From: Oscillospiraceae bacterium
GTDB lineage: Bacteria > Bacillota > Clostridia > Oscillospirales > Ruminococcaceae
NCBI GenBank assembly: GCA_021203065.1
Contig: JAJQBX010000021.1
Coordinates: forward strand, 130,514 to 194,513
Direction: 5' to 3'
DNA length: 64,000 nt
The notes below the pieces were generated by a model. The model was not told the origin of the DNA. It did no database searches and saw only the letters and a program-made list of their open reading frames with translations. The translations under genes and the position numbers were made by a program. Within the stretch, counting starts at the first letter, position 1; every line of letters starts with the position of its first letter. Positions 7,705-17,025 of the stretch are shown piece after piece.

Positions 7705-10302
7705 ATGAAAAAACGCATCTTTACAACCCTTATTAACCTATGCATGGCAATAGCCCTTGTAGCGGCACTGCTCCCTGCCCTGAGCGTGACGACCAATGCC
7801 GAAATCACCTATACATGGGAGATTCCAATCGAGATTACTGTCACAAATGGCGGCACTACTGATGCGTCTGCTATCAGTTTTGGTCTTCTGCTTTATGATC
7901 CGAGCGGCAGTGAAATAGACATAGCAGGTTTTAAAGGAGAGTATCTTGAGAATTCTCAATATGTCTATACTACCGGTCACGGAACATACAATGCAACCCT
8001 CAGATTTCAAGGCGGAGACCAACTTAAGCAGCATCTGGCTGATGGATTTATAGTGTGTCTCAATGACATCGGAGTTGATGGATGGGAGCATAACGATGTG
8101 GAATATGAGGTGGTCTCTTGCGAGTTTGATGAGGAAACCGGTGAGATGACTGAAATCTCTATAATATCTGTCAACACTGGCTATAGTGTTAATACCGCAG
8201 CATTTGAATGTGAATACACTGGCTATTACCTGCGGTTTGAGACAAATGGCGGAAGCACAATGGAATCTGTGGCTGTTGCAGACGGAACTACAGTCGACCT
8301 TTCCGGCTACACCCCGACCCGTGCTGGCTACACCTTCACCGGTTGGTATTCTGACAGTGAGCTTACTATTAAAGTCAGTAGTGTTACCTTGGATGCTACG
8401 GATGAATTCGTCTATGCCGGATGGGAGAGATATGTCACTGTCGGCGCAGTAGCCCTCGCAGACGGTCAGTACACCACCAACGGCACAGACATCAATGACG
8501 GCGAGCCCACCGGCACAAGCTATGCTTATTATTCTGATGGGGTGCTGACGCTCAGCGGTTATGATATTACAACGACCGACACATATGGCATTTACAATGA
8601 CGGTGATTTAGAGATAGTATTGGTTGGCGAGAACAGCGTCACGTCAAGTAGTGAGGGCATCTATGTAAGCGGAGATCTGACCATAAGCGGCACAGGAAGC
8701 CTGAGCGTGACAGTTGACAACGATAATGGTGATGCCTATGGAATTGTTTCTGCTGGCGGCATTATCGAAATTTCAGAATGTACGGTAAATGTAAACGCTA
8801 CGAGTAGCTACAACAGTGCTTATGCAATCTGTGCCCAAAAATACGATATTGCAATTGAAGCTGACAGCACTGTAACCGCCACGGCAACTGGTGGTGCCTA
8901 TGCTTATGGCATCTATGCGGATGATTACGTTTTAATTACCGGGAGCAAAGTAACCGTTTCTGCTGAGAGTGACGGTTTTGAGGCTTGCGCTATTTGTGCG
9001 GATGATTATAGTATTGAAATACAGGGCGGCAGTGAGGTTGAGGCGACTGTCAAAGGCGAGTTTTTGTTTGGTGAAGCACTATCAGCTCAAGATGTGATTA
9101 GTGGCGAAATTACAATATCCGGAACTGGAACCAAGTTAACGGCTACAACGACCTCGACTTCCACAGATCGTTCTGAAGCTTACGCAATCTTATCAGCGTT
9201 TGGCACTATTACAATAGAAGACGGTTGCGAGGTTATAGCCACGGTAACAACTGTTGCTGGTAGCGGTAATACTACTGACGCAATATATTCGAGCATTACA
9301 ATCAGCGACAGCTCCTTGACAGTGACAGCTGACGGTGATTATGCCACAGCAATTGGTGATACATCTGAAGACTTTTCAATTTCCAACAGCAATGTCAAGG
9401 CTTTCGCCAGCGGTGCTTCTGCAATTGCTATCGAAAGCTATGGGCGGCTTACAATAACGGGAAGTGAAGTTACAGCAACAGCCGAGGGTACTGCCTTAGG
9501 CTATGGTATTTTTATTTTGGGTAATCTTTCAATAACATCCAGTGAAGTTGAAGTCACTGGCAAGGGTGATGATGAGTATGCCATCTGTATTATTGATGGA
9601 GATAATGGCGGTCTTATAATTTCCGACAGCGAGGTCGTCGCCGACGGAGGCATCAATCTGATGACAGACGGTCCGGTAATCGCCATCCCTGCAACCGATG
9701 GTTCTATGAAGATTACTATGACTAATGATACGGACAACGTTATTTTCACTATTGATGAGCTTACGGTGATTGACACGTATGGGTATACCTATGTAAAGGT
9801 TGAGGCGCATGAGCATGCATATGATTATGACAATATCATCTGGGATTGGACGGATTATGAGAATGTTACGGCTACGGTTACCTGTACTGATTCCGGCTTT
9901 GAGCATTCCAAGACCGTTACGGCTACGGTGACTTCGGTCGCTTCTGGCAGTACGGTGACTTATACGGCTACGGCAGAGTTTGACGGCAAAACCTACACCG
10001 CTACTGCCACTGTCGCCTCCACCACCTCCTCAACCCAGTCAACCGCCTCCGCCAATTATTCCGCCGTCCGTGAAGCGATAGCCAAGGCGAATGCCCTGAA
10101 TCCTGACGATTATGAGGACTTCTCAGCAGTCACGAGGGCAATCACCAATGTCAACTGGTCACTCGCCTTGGCAAACCAGAGCGCAGTAAACTCGATGGCA
10201 GCTGCCATCAACGAGGCGATCGCCAATCTCGTCCCCGTATCTTCGGTGGAAGTAGTAGTTGATGAGCCGGTCGAGGGAACAGATTTGGAAGTTGAGGAGT
10301 AA
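7705..10302 (+). CDS. Large secreted surface protein: Listeria-Bacteroides (Flg_new-type) repeat, long beta-helix-like T/S/G repeats, conserved C-terminal module
   Basis: Signal peptide present. YYLRFETNGGSTMESVAVADGTTVDLSGYTPTRAGYTFTGWYSD...YAGW matches the Flg_new-type repeat. The C-terminal ~150 aa are shared with 56158..57807, including a FIVAR-like helical segment YSAVREAIAKANALNPDDYEDFS. Confidence 0.8.
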   Translation: MKKRIFTTLINLCMAIALVAALLPALSVTTNAEITYTWEIPIEITVTNGGTTDASAISFGLLLYDPSGSEIDIAGFKGEYLENSQYVYTTGHGTYNATLRFQGGDQLKQHLADGFIVCLNDIGVDGWEHNDVEYEVVSCEFDEETGEMTEISIISVNTGYSVNTAAFECEYTGYYLRFETNGGSTMESVAVADGTTVDLSGYTPTRAGYTFTGWYSDSELTIKVSSVTLDATDEFVYAGWERYVTVGAVALADGQYTTNGTDINDGEPTGTSYAYYSDGVLTLSGYDITTTDTYGIYNDGDLEIVLVGENSVTSSSEGIYVSGDLTISGTGSLSVTVDNDNGDAYGIVSAGGIIEISECTVNVNATSSYNSAYAICAQKYDIAIEADSTVTATATGGAYAYGIYADDYVLITGSKVTVSAESDGFEACAICADDYSIEIQGGSEVEATVKGEFLFGEALSAQDVISGEITISGTGTKLTATTTSTSTDRSEAYAILSAFGTITIEDGCEVIATVTTVAGSGNTTDAIYSSITISDSSLTVTADGDYATAIGDTSEDFSISNSNVKAFASGASAIAIESYGRLTITGSEVTATAEGTALGYGIFILGNLSITSSEVEVTGKGDDEYAICIIDGDNGGLIISDSEVVADGGINLMTDGPVIAIPATDGSMKITMTNDTDNVIFTIDELTVIDTYGYTYVKVEAHEHAYDYDNIIWDWTDYENVTATVTCTDSGFEHSKTVTATVTSVASGSTVTYTATAEFDGKTYTATATVASTTSSTQSTASANYSAVREAIAKANALNPDDYEDFSAVTRAITNVNWSLALANQSAVNSMAAAINEAIANLVPVSSVEVVVDEPVEGTDLEVEE

Positions 10303-10320
10303 TAAAATCTCAAAAACCTC

Positions 10321-10349
10321 TTGACAAACGTCTCAAGGTCGTATATAAT
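10321..10349 (+). promoter_or_regulatory. Sigma-A promoter of the aromatic amino acid operon
   Basis: TTGACA at 10321-10326, 17-nt spacer, TATAAT at 10344-10349. Confidence 0.7.
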
Positions 10350-10404
10350 CTATAAAGATGAACGAGAATTCGTTCAAATGAAGCATTTTACGGAGAGTTG
10401 CACG

Positions 10405-10476
10405 ATGTCAAAACAAACTGTTGGCTCAGCCAATGTTTTCTGCTTTGCATATTATTATTACTTTACCATGCGTTGA
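10405..10476 (+). CDS. Leader peptide (23 aa) rich in Tyr/Phe: MSKQTVGSANVFCFAYYYYFTMR
   Basis: GGAGAG at 10392-10397 lies 7 nt before the ATG at 10405. Codons 12-20 are F-C-F-A-Y-Y-Y-Y-F. Stop at 10474-10476. It lies between the promoter and the terminator hairpin upstream of aro/tyrA/pheA. Confidence 0.55.
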   Translation: MSKQTVGSANVFCFAYYYYFTMR

Positions 10477-10521
10477 CCCGGCGGTAAAGTGATTTGTGTT
10501 GCAACAAAAGGTTTTGTTTAT

Positions 10522-10553
10522 CAGCTGCACAGGTTACTTGTGCAGCTTTTTTT
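10522..10553 (+). terminator. Attenuator terminator in the aromatic operon leader
   Basis: CAGCTGCACA-ggttact-TGTGCAGC followed by TTTTTTT, 70 nt upstream of the aroF start. Confidence 0.7.
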
Positions 10554-10625
10554 GAAGCTACTTAGGGTAGCAAGTTGCACGTGACCCGGGCAGGGCTCTT
10601 TCCGAAAAAAGAAAGGACAATTATT

Positions 10626-11630
10626 ATGGTAGTAGCATTGAAGAAAAATGTATCAGAGGAAAAGCGGGCACAGCTCATCGACTGGCTCGGCGGAATGGGA
10701 ATCAAGGTCCATGTTTCCGAGGGCGAGTTCACAACAGTCTTAGGTCTCATCGGCGACACCACCAAGGTCGATAAGGACCTCATCGAGAGCCTTGATATTG
10801 TCGACTCTGTCACCAGAGTTTCCGAGGCTTTCAAGTGCTGTAACCGCAAATTCCATCCCGAAGACACTATTATAGATGTAAAGGGCGTCAAGATTGGCGG
10901 CGGCAACTTCTGCATGATAGCGGGTCCCTGCTCTGTTGAGACTGAGGAGCAGATTGTCGCAGTCGCCAAGGCTGTCAAGGCATCGGGAGCAAATATGCTA
11001 AGAGGCGGCGCATTCAAGCCGAGAACCTCTCCCTATGATTTCCAAGGTCTTCATGCCCGTGGCTTGGAGCTTTTAAAGATTGCCCGTGAAGAAACCGGTC
11101 TTCCGATTGTAACTGAAATCATGAGCACAAACGACCTGCCTTTGTTCGAGGACGTCGACGTTTTGCAGGTCGGTGCAAGAAATATGCAGAATTTCGAGAT
11201 GCTCAAGGAGCTCGGCAAGACCGACAAGCCGATACTTCTCAAGCGTGGTCTTGCGAATACCCTTAAGGAGCTCCTGATGAGTGCCGAATACATCATGGCT
11301 TCCGGCAACGAGAAGGTTATGCTCTGTGAAAGAGGAATAAGAACCTACAGCGACTACACCAGAAATACAATGGACATCTCCGCAATTCCGATGCTCCATG
11401 AGCTTTCCCATCTCCCCGTAATCGCCGACCCGAGTCACGCAACTGGCATGGCAAGACTCGTTCCTCCGATGGCGATGGCGGCAACAGCTGCAGGCGCAGA
11501 CGGACTCATCATCGAGGTTCATAACGACCCGATGCACGCACTCTGCGACGGCGCACAGTCTTTAAGACCTGAGGAATTCGACGCACTTTCAAAGAAAATC
11601 ACTGCTGTCAGGGAGGCATCACTCGGATGA
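10626..11630 (+). CDS. aroF: 3-deoxy-7-phosphoheptulonate (DAHP) synthase, type I-beta with N-terminal regulatory-like domain
   Basis: GPCSVE, KPRTSPYDFQG and ADPSHA motifs. I prefer the ATG at 10626 (GAAAGGA SD) over the track start at 10575 (TTG). Confidence 0.85.
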   Translation: MVVALKKNVSEEKRAQLIDWLGGMGIKVHVSEGEFTTVLGLIGDTTKVDKDLIESLDIVDSVTRVSEAFKCCNRKFHPEDTIIDVKGVKIGGGNFCMIAGPCSVETEEQIVAVAKAVKASGANMLRGGAFKPRTSPYDFQGLHARGLELLKIAREETGLPIVTEIMSTNDLPLFEDVDVLQVGARNMQNFEMLKELGKTDKPILLKRGLANTLKELLMSAEYIMASGNEKVMLCERGIRTYSDYTRNTMDISAIPMLHELSHLPVIADPSHATGMARLVPPMAMAATAAGADGLIIEVHNDPMHALCDGAQSLRPEEFDALSKKITAVREASLG

Positions 11631-12460
11631 TTGCCGGAATCGTGGGCTTGGGGCTCATAGGAGCATCCTTTGCCAAGGCTTATAAAGTGGCAGGACACAC
11701 AGTCTTGGGCTATAACAGAAGTAAATCCGCACTCGATTATCTTAAGCTTGCGGGAGATGTCGACGATGAACTGACCATGGAGCGTCTTCGTGAATGCGAC
11801 ATAGTTATAATCTCCGTGTATCCTGACGCCTGCATAGAATATCTCGAGAAAGCCGCGCCCCATTTCGGCTCAAAGCCGGTTGTAATTGACTGCTGCGGCA
11901 CAAAGCGTAAGGTGACCGAAGTGGGCTTTAAGCTTGCGGATGAATACGGCTTCACCTTTGTCGGCGGTCACCCGATGGCAGGAACGCATAATTCCGGCTA
12001 TAAGTACGCAAAAGCCGACATGTATAAGGGCGCACCGATGGTACTGGTCCCGAACGGCGAGCCGAGCATCAAGCTGCTAAGTCACACAAAGGAGCTCTTA
12101 GCCCCCGCTGGCTTCGGAAGCATCTCCGTCACCACTGCCGAAAAGCATGACGAGATGATCGCTTTCACCTCCCAGCTCGCCCACGTCGTCTCGAACGCCT
12201 ACATCAAGAGCCCAACGGCAAGGGAACACAAGGGCTTCTCAGCAGGAAGCTATAAGGACATGACAAGAGTCGCATGGCTCAACCCGGAAATGTGGGCGGA
12301 GCTCTTCCTTGAAAACGGCGACAATCTTATCAAGGAGCTCGACATTCTGGTTGAAAACCTCGATCAGTATCGCACAGCAATCCGTGAAAATGATAAGGAA
12401 GAGCTTATAAGATTATTAGACGACGGCAGAAAGATAAAAGCGGAGGTTGACGGAAGATGA
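11627..12460 (+). CDS. tyrA: Prephenate dehydrogenase
   Basis: N-terminal GLGLIGAS Rossmann motif, TyrA-like length and sequence. Overlaps the aroF stop. Confidence 0.85.
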   Translation: MIAGIVGLGLIGASFAKAYKVAGHTVLGYNRSKSALDYLKLAGDVDDELTMERLRECDIVIISVYPDACIEYLEKAAPHFGSKPVVIDCCGTKRKVTEVGFKLADEYGFTFVGGHPMAGTHNSGYKYAKADMYKGAPMVLVPNGEPSIKLLSHTKELLAPAGFGSISVTTAEKHDEMIAFTSQLAHVVSNAYIKSPTAREHKGFSAGSYKDMTRVAWLNPEMWAELFLENGDNLIKELDILVENLDQYRTAIRENDKEELIRLLDDGRKIKAEVDGR

Positions 12461-13497
12461 GCGTAGTAAATGTCACAGCGTCCCGAAATTACGACGTAAC
12501 CGTTTCTGACGGAATAATAGACAAATGCGGAAGCTTCTGCAAGCCTCTCGTAAAAGGCAAAAACGCAGTCATAGTCTCCGATGACAACGTCTTTTCCATC
12601 TACGGAAAGAGAGTCACGAAGAGCCTCGAGAGCGAGGGCTTCAAGGTCAGCGAATTCGTCGTTCCCCATGGCGAGCGTTCAAAGAGCATGAGCTGCTATA
12701 TAAATCTCCTCGAATTCCTCTTCGAAAGCGGCGTCACAAGAAGTGATCTTCTTGTAGCCCTTGGTGGAGGAGTGGTAGGGGACCTCTGTGGCTTTGCGGC
12801 TGCGACCTATCAGCGTGGAATTCAGTTCGTTCAGATCCCGACGACGCTTCTTGCGATGGTCGATTCCTCAGTCGGAGGAAAAACTGCGGTAAACCTTGAG
12901 AACGGCAAGAATCAGGTCGGCTCATTCTATCAGCCGTCAGCCGTCATCTGCGACCCGAAAACCCTTTCTACACTCCCCGAGGAGGAATACCTCTGCGGAT
13001 GCGCAGAAGTCATAAAGTATGCGGTTTTATTCAGCGAGGAATTCTTCACTCAGCTTGAGGAGACCCCCGCAAAAAAGCAGCTCGAAAACGTAATCACCAC
13101 CTGCGTCACAATGAAGCGTGACATCGTGAAAGCTGACGAATTCGACACCGGCGAGAGGATGCTTCTCAATCTCGGTCACACCGTCGGTCATGCAGTCGAG
13201 GGACTAAGCGGCTTTGAGACGCTCCACGGTCAGGCAGTCGCCATCGGTCTTGCGACCATCTCACGCTCTGCCGTGAAGTATGGTTACCTGAGTGAAGAAA
13301 ACTGCGAAAGAATAATCGGTCTCTTGGAAAAGTATGGTCTCCCGACCGAAACCGAATTCACTGCAGATGAGATGTACACCCTCGCCGTTTCCGACAAGAA
13401 AGCCTCGAGCGACACTATCACTATAATAGTTCCCCGGAAAATCGGACACTGCGAGCTCTTAAAGCTCCCGAAAACAGATTTGAAAGATTGGCTTTGA
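12457..13497 (+). CDS. aroB: 3-dehydroquinate synthase
   Basis: GGGVVGDLCGFAAATYQRGIQFVQIPTTLLAMVDSSVGGKTAVN is the AroB signature region. Confidence 0.9.
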   Translation: MSVVNVTASRNYDVTVSDGIIDKCGSFCKPLVKGKNAVIVSDDNVFSIYGKRVTKSLESEGFKVSEFVVPHGERSKSMSCYINLLEFLFESGVTRSDLLVALGGGVVGDLCGFAAATYQRGIQFVQIPTTLLAMVDSSVGGKTAVNLENGKNQVGSFYQPSAVICDPKTLSTLPEEEYLCGCAEVIKYAVLFSEEFFTQLEETPAKKQLENVITTCVTMKRDIVKADEFDTGERMLLNLGHTVGHAVEGLSGFETLHGQAVAIGLATISRSAVKYGYLSEENCERIIGLLEKYGLPTETEFTADEMYTLAVSDKKASSDTITIIVPRKIGHCELLKLPKTDLKDWL

Positions 13498-13498
13498 T

Positions 13499-14746
13499 AT
13501 GACAAAAGAACTTATCCCCGGTGAGAGAACTGGCACGGTTTTAATTCCTGCTTCAAAATCTCAGGCGCACAGAGCCGTGATTTTAGCGGCTCTCGGTTTG
13601 CACGATGTGGGAATTACCTGTAAAGGCATTTCCAATGACATCATAGCCACTGCCGCCTGCATGAATTCAGCGGGAGCGAACATAGAGATTGCAGACAACA
13701 GGATACATGTTTCGCCTGTAGGCAGTCAGCGTTCAAGCACTTTCGAGTGCGGCGAAAGCGGCTCGACTCTTCGTTTCCTGCTCCCGGTCTTCGGAGCGTT
13801 GGGCGTTTCGGGCGAATTTCTCCCCAAAGGTCGCCTGATTGACCGTCCGCTCTATCCTCTTGACAAGGTTCTGAAGACCCACGGTATGAGTATTCAGAAG
13901 ACCGAATCGACAATCCGGTTCTCCGGCAAGCTAATCCCCGGCGAATACGAAATCCCCGGCGATGTTTCTTCGCAGTATATAACAGGTCTACTGATGGCTC
14001 TGCCTCTTTTAGATGGCGACAGCAGTCTTAAGGTTACCGGAGTTCTTCAGTCAAAAGGCTATGTCCGGATGACCGAGGAGCTTCTTAGAAAATCCGGCAT
14101 ACAGTATACCCACACAGGCGATACATATTTTATAAAAGGTTCTCAGAAGCCTGACATGGGTGATAGCTTTACAGTAGAGGGCGACTACTCCAATGCGGCT
14201 TTTTATCTCTGCATGGGTGCGCTTTCCTGCGATGGTATCACAGTCAACGGCTTGAACCCTGATTCATCCCAAGGCGATAAAGCTGTAATCGCAATTCTTA
14301 AGGAAATGGGTGCAGATATAGCCGTCTCCGGCAATTCAGTAACGGTCAGAAAGGGAAGTCTTAAGGGCGTCACAATAGATGCCTCCCAGATTCCGGATCT
14401 GATCCCGACCTTAAGCGTTGTTGCATCCGTCTGCGACGGCGAAACCCACATCATCAACGCAGAACGCCTCAGAATCAAAGAATCTGACAGAATCGCATCA
14501 ACCTGTGCGCTCATAAATAACTTAGGCGGCAATGCAAAAGAGCTCCCCGACGGCATAATAATTACTGGCGTCAGAAATCTGACCGGCGGCAGTGTGGACA
14601 GCTGCAATGACCACAGAATAGCAATGAGTGCGGCTGTGGCGGCATGCGCCTCAATCGGTAAAGTAACAGTACTTGACAGCATGTGCGTAAGAAAGTCCTA
14701 TCCCGGTTTCTGGGAGGACTTCTCTGAGCTTGATATAAAATCATAA
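13499..14746 (+). CDS. aroA: 3-phosphoshikimate 1-carboxyvinyltransferase (EPSP synthase)
   Basis: IPASKSQAHRAVILAAL N-terminus, two-domain EPSPS length (415 aa), DHRIAMS near the C-terminus. Confidence 0.9.
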   Translation: MTKELIPGERTGTVLIPASKSQAHRAVILAALGLHDVGITCKGISNDIIATAACMNSAGANIEIADNRIHVSPVGSQRSSTFECGESGSTLRFLLPVFGALGVSGEFLPKGRLIDRPLYPLDKVLKTHGMSIQKTESTIRFSGKLIPGEYEIPGDVSSQYITGLLMALPLLDGDSSLKVTGVLQSKGYVRMTEELLRKSGIQYTHTGDTYFIKGSQKPDMGDSFTVEGDYSNAAFYLCMGALSCDGITVNGLNPDSSQGDKAVIAILKEMGADIAVSGNSVTVRKGSLKGVTIDASQIPDLIPTLSVVASVCDGETHIINAERLRIKESDRIASTCALINNLGGNAKELPDGIIITGVRNLTGGSVDSCNDHRIAMSAAVAACASIGKVTVLDSMCVRKSYPGFWEDFSELDIKS

Positions 14747-14761
14747 AAAGGACGGTGCAGA

Positions 14762-15829
14762 ATGGCAAGCAGTATCGGCAGTAACATTAAGCTCACCATA
14801 TTCGGTCAGTCTCACTCAGCGGCAATAGGGATGACGCTTGAGGGACTACCGGCGGGAGTTAAAATAGACTTTGACAAGCTTGAAGCCTTTACATCCCGCA
14901 GAGCACCCGGCAAAAATGCATATTCAACCGCCCGCAAGGAAGCCGACAAGCCGGAATTCGTTTCCGGTCTCCGTGACGGCGTCACCTGCGGCGCACCACT
15001 AACGGCTATAATCCGTAACACCGACACCCGTTCAAACGACTATAGTGAACTCAAAATCCTCCCTCGCCCCGGTCATGCCGACTATACGGCTTCCGTCAAA
15101 TACGGCGGCTATCAGGACTATGCCGGAGGAGGGCACTTTTCCGGAAGACTCACAGCACCCCTTTGCGTAGCTGGCGGAATAGTCCTGCAGATTCTTGAGA
15201 GCCTTAGCATAACGGTAATCTCCCGTATCTCCTCAATCGGCAACGTCTCTGACGACGGTGAACTCACGGAATCGACATCAGGGAAGCCTTTCCCGACAGT
15301 CAGCGATGCGAGTGCCGTCAAAATGCAGGAGTGCATAGCCTCCGCCAAGAGCGAGGGCGACTCGGTCGGCGGAATTGTTGAGTGTAAAGTACTTGGGCTT
15401 CCCACCGGCTTGGGCGATCCGATGTTTGACGGGATGGAGAATAGGATTGCAAACATCGTTTTCGGAATCCCTGCCGTCAAGGGAATAGAATTCGGAATTG
15501 GCTTCGAAGCTTCAAAGCTCCGTGGCAGTGAGAATAACGACCCATTCGAAATCAAAGATGGCAGGATAGTAACCGCCACCAACAACTGTGGAGGAATCTT
15601 GGGCGGCATCACAACCGGAATGCCTCTTACATTCAGGGTTGCATTCAAGCCGACGCCGTCAATCTCCCAAAAACAGCACAGCGTAAGGCTTGACACCTTT
15701 ACAGAGGGCGAGCTTATCGTAAAGGGCAGACACGACCCCTGCATAGTTCCCCGTGCCGTTCCCTGCGTTGAAGCCGCCGCCGCAATTGCCGTTTATGACG
15801 CTTACTTAGAGTATAAGAAATACATATAA
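14762..15829 (+). CDS. aroC: Chorismate synthase
   Basis: FGQSHS, RPGHADY and GRHDPC motifs. Confidence 0.9.
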   Translation: MASSIGSNIKLTIFGQSHSAAIGMTLEGLPAGVKIDFDKLEAFTSRRAPGKNAYSTARKEADKPEFVSGLRDGVTCGAPLTAIIRNTDTRSNDYSELKILPRPGHADYTASVKYGGYQDYAGGGHFSGRLTAPLCVAGGIVLQILESLSITVISRISSIGNVSDDGELTESTSGKPFPTVSDASAVKMQECIASAKSEGDSVGGIVECKVLGLPTGLGDPMFDGMENRIANIVFGIPAVKGIEFGIGFEASKLRGSENNDPFEIKDGRIVTATNNCGGILGGITTGMPLTFRVAFKPTPSISQKQHSVRLDTFTEGELIVKGRHDPCIVPRAVPCVEAAAAIAVYDAYLEYKKYI

Positions 15830-15848
15830 CCTGAAAGGACATGACATC

Positions 15849-17024
15849 ATGGATACTGAGAAGATCACCCCAAACACCTCAGACGGAAGAAAGGTCTATC
15901 GTGACAAGATAGACGAAATAGACAACGAAATAGTTAAGCTTTTCGGCGAGAGAATGGAAACAGCCGCAGGCTTGGCGTCATTCAAGAAGGAGCACAGCCT
16001 CCCTGTTCTCGACATGCGCCGTGAGCGTGAAAAGATTCAGGACGTCGTCGACAAGACCCCCGACGAGCTGAAAGAGTACACCGAGCTCCTCTATTCGTTC
16101 ATCTTGGAGCTCAGCCGTGGCTATCAGAACCGCCTCATCGGTAATGGTAGCGAATTAAGCTCAAAGATTTCCTCGGCAATTGAGAATACCCCGAAGCTTT
16201 TCCCGGAGCGTGCAGTAGTTGCATGTCAGGGCGTCGAGGGCGCATACTCCTCGATAGCCGCAGGAAAGCTCTTCAAGTCGCCGAATGTCATGTATTTCTC
16301 TTCATTTGATGCTGTCTTCACCGCAATCGAAAAGGGCTTCTGCAAGTATGGCGTAATCCCTCTTGAGAACAGCACCGCAGGCTCAGTAAATTCCGTTTAT
16401 GACCTCATGACAAAGCACAGCTTCAATATCGTCAGAAGCATCCGCCTCAAGGTTGAGCACAATCTTCTTGCAAAATCCGGTACGAAGCTTGAGGATATAA
16501 CCGAAATCTACTCCCACCAGCAGGCTATCACCCAGTGCGCTGAGTTCCTCTCAACCCTCAAGGGCGTCAAGGTCATCCCCTGCGAGAACACCGCCGTCGC
16601 CGCAAAGATGGTCGCCGAATCTGACCGCTCAGACATTGCAACTCTGTCATCAAGTGAATGTCAGAAGCTTTACGGTCTTGAGTGCCTCAAGCCGGCAGTT
16701 CAGGACAACGACAACAACTACACCCGTTTCATTTGCATCTCGAAAGACCTCGAAATCTATCCCGGCGCAGACAGAACGAGCCTTATGGTGGTCCTCGAGG
16801 ACAAGCCCGGTTCGCTCTATAAGCTCCTTTCACGTCTCTATGCGTTCGGCATCAATCTAAGTAAACTCGAGAGCCGCCCGATTCCGAATAAAGATTTTGA
16901 ATTCATGTTCTACTTCGACCTCGATACCTCCGTCTACTCTCCGCAGTTTTTGCAGCTGATGAGCGAATTAGGTGATATTTCGAGTGAATACAGCTACTTG
17001 GGCAGTTACCGGGAGGTAATGTAA
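15849..17024 (+). CDS. pheA: Bifunctional chorismate mutase / prephenate dehydratase
   Basis: N-terminal chorismate mutase helices (IDEIDNEIVKLFGERM), prephenate dehydratase core, and C-terminal ACT domain with an ESRP motif (LSKLESRPIP). Confidence 0.85.
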   Translation: MDTEKITPNTSDGRKVYRDKIDEIDNEIVKLFGERMETAAGLASFKKEHSLPVLDMRREREKIQDVVDKTPDELKEYTELLYSFILELSRGYQNRLIGNGSELSSKISSAIENTPKLFPERAVVACQGVEGAYSSIAAGKLFKSPNVMYFSSFDAVFTAIEKGFCKYGVIPLENSTAGSVNSVYDLMTKHSFNIVRSIRLKVEHNLLAKSGTKLEDITEIYSHQQAITQCAEFLSTLKGVKVIPCENTAVAAKMVAESDRSDIATLSSSECQKLYGLECLKPAVQDNDNNYTRFICISKDLEIYPGADRTSLMVVLEDKPGSLYKLLSRLYAFGINLSKLESRPIPNKDFEFMFYFDLDTSVYSPQFLQLMSELGDISSEYSYLGSYREVM

Positions 17025-17025
17025 A

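Noticed and set aside
10356-10560. T-box riboswitch or TRAP-binding (GAG/UAG repeat) leader for the aromatic operon.
   Set aside because: I found no T-box sequence (AAnnnGGGUGGUACCGCG-like), no specifier-loop architecture and no 11-fold (G/U)AG triplet array. The leader-peptide model fits better.
10575-10625. N-terminal extensions suggested by the ORF track (10575, 21388, 22262, 24042, 32060, 41846, 42744, 48182, 49816, 58034, 63494, 5960, 31986).
   Set aside because: In each case an internal ATG preceded by a good SD at 6-11 nt gives an N-terminus typical of the family or a proper signal peptide. The upstream codons overlap promoters, terminators or the preceding gene.
15118-15744. Long antisense ORFs inside well-supported genes (15118..15744, 22516..23034, 39266..39853, 39718..40347, 42025..42585, 45466..46302, 53496..54101, 60348..60797, 61170..61655, 61591..62151, 29226..29726, 33016..33501).
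   Set aside because: All overlap, on the opposite strand, genes with clear family signatures (aroC, pstC, the P-type ATPase, thyA, murA, the transporter, GH31, fkp, fcl). They have no SD and no recognisable motif. Such ORFs are typical of sequence with moderately high GC.
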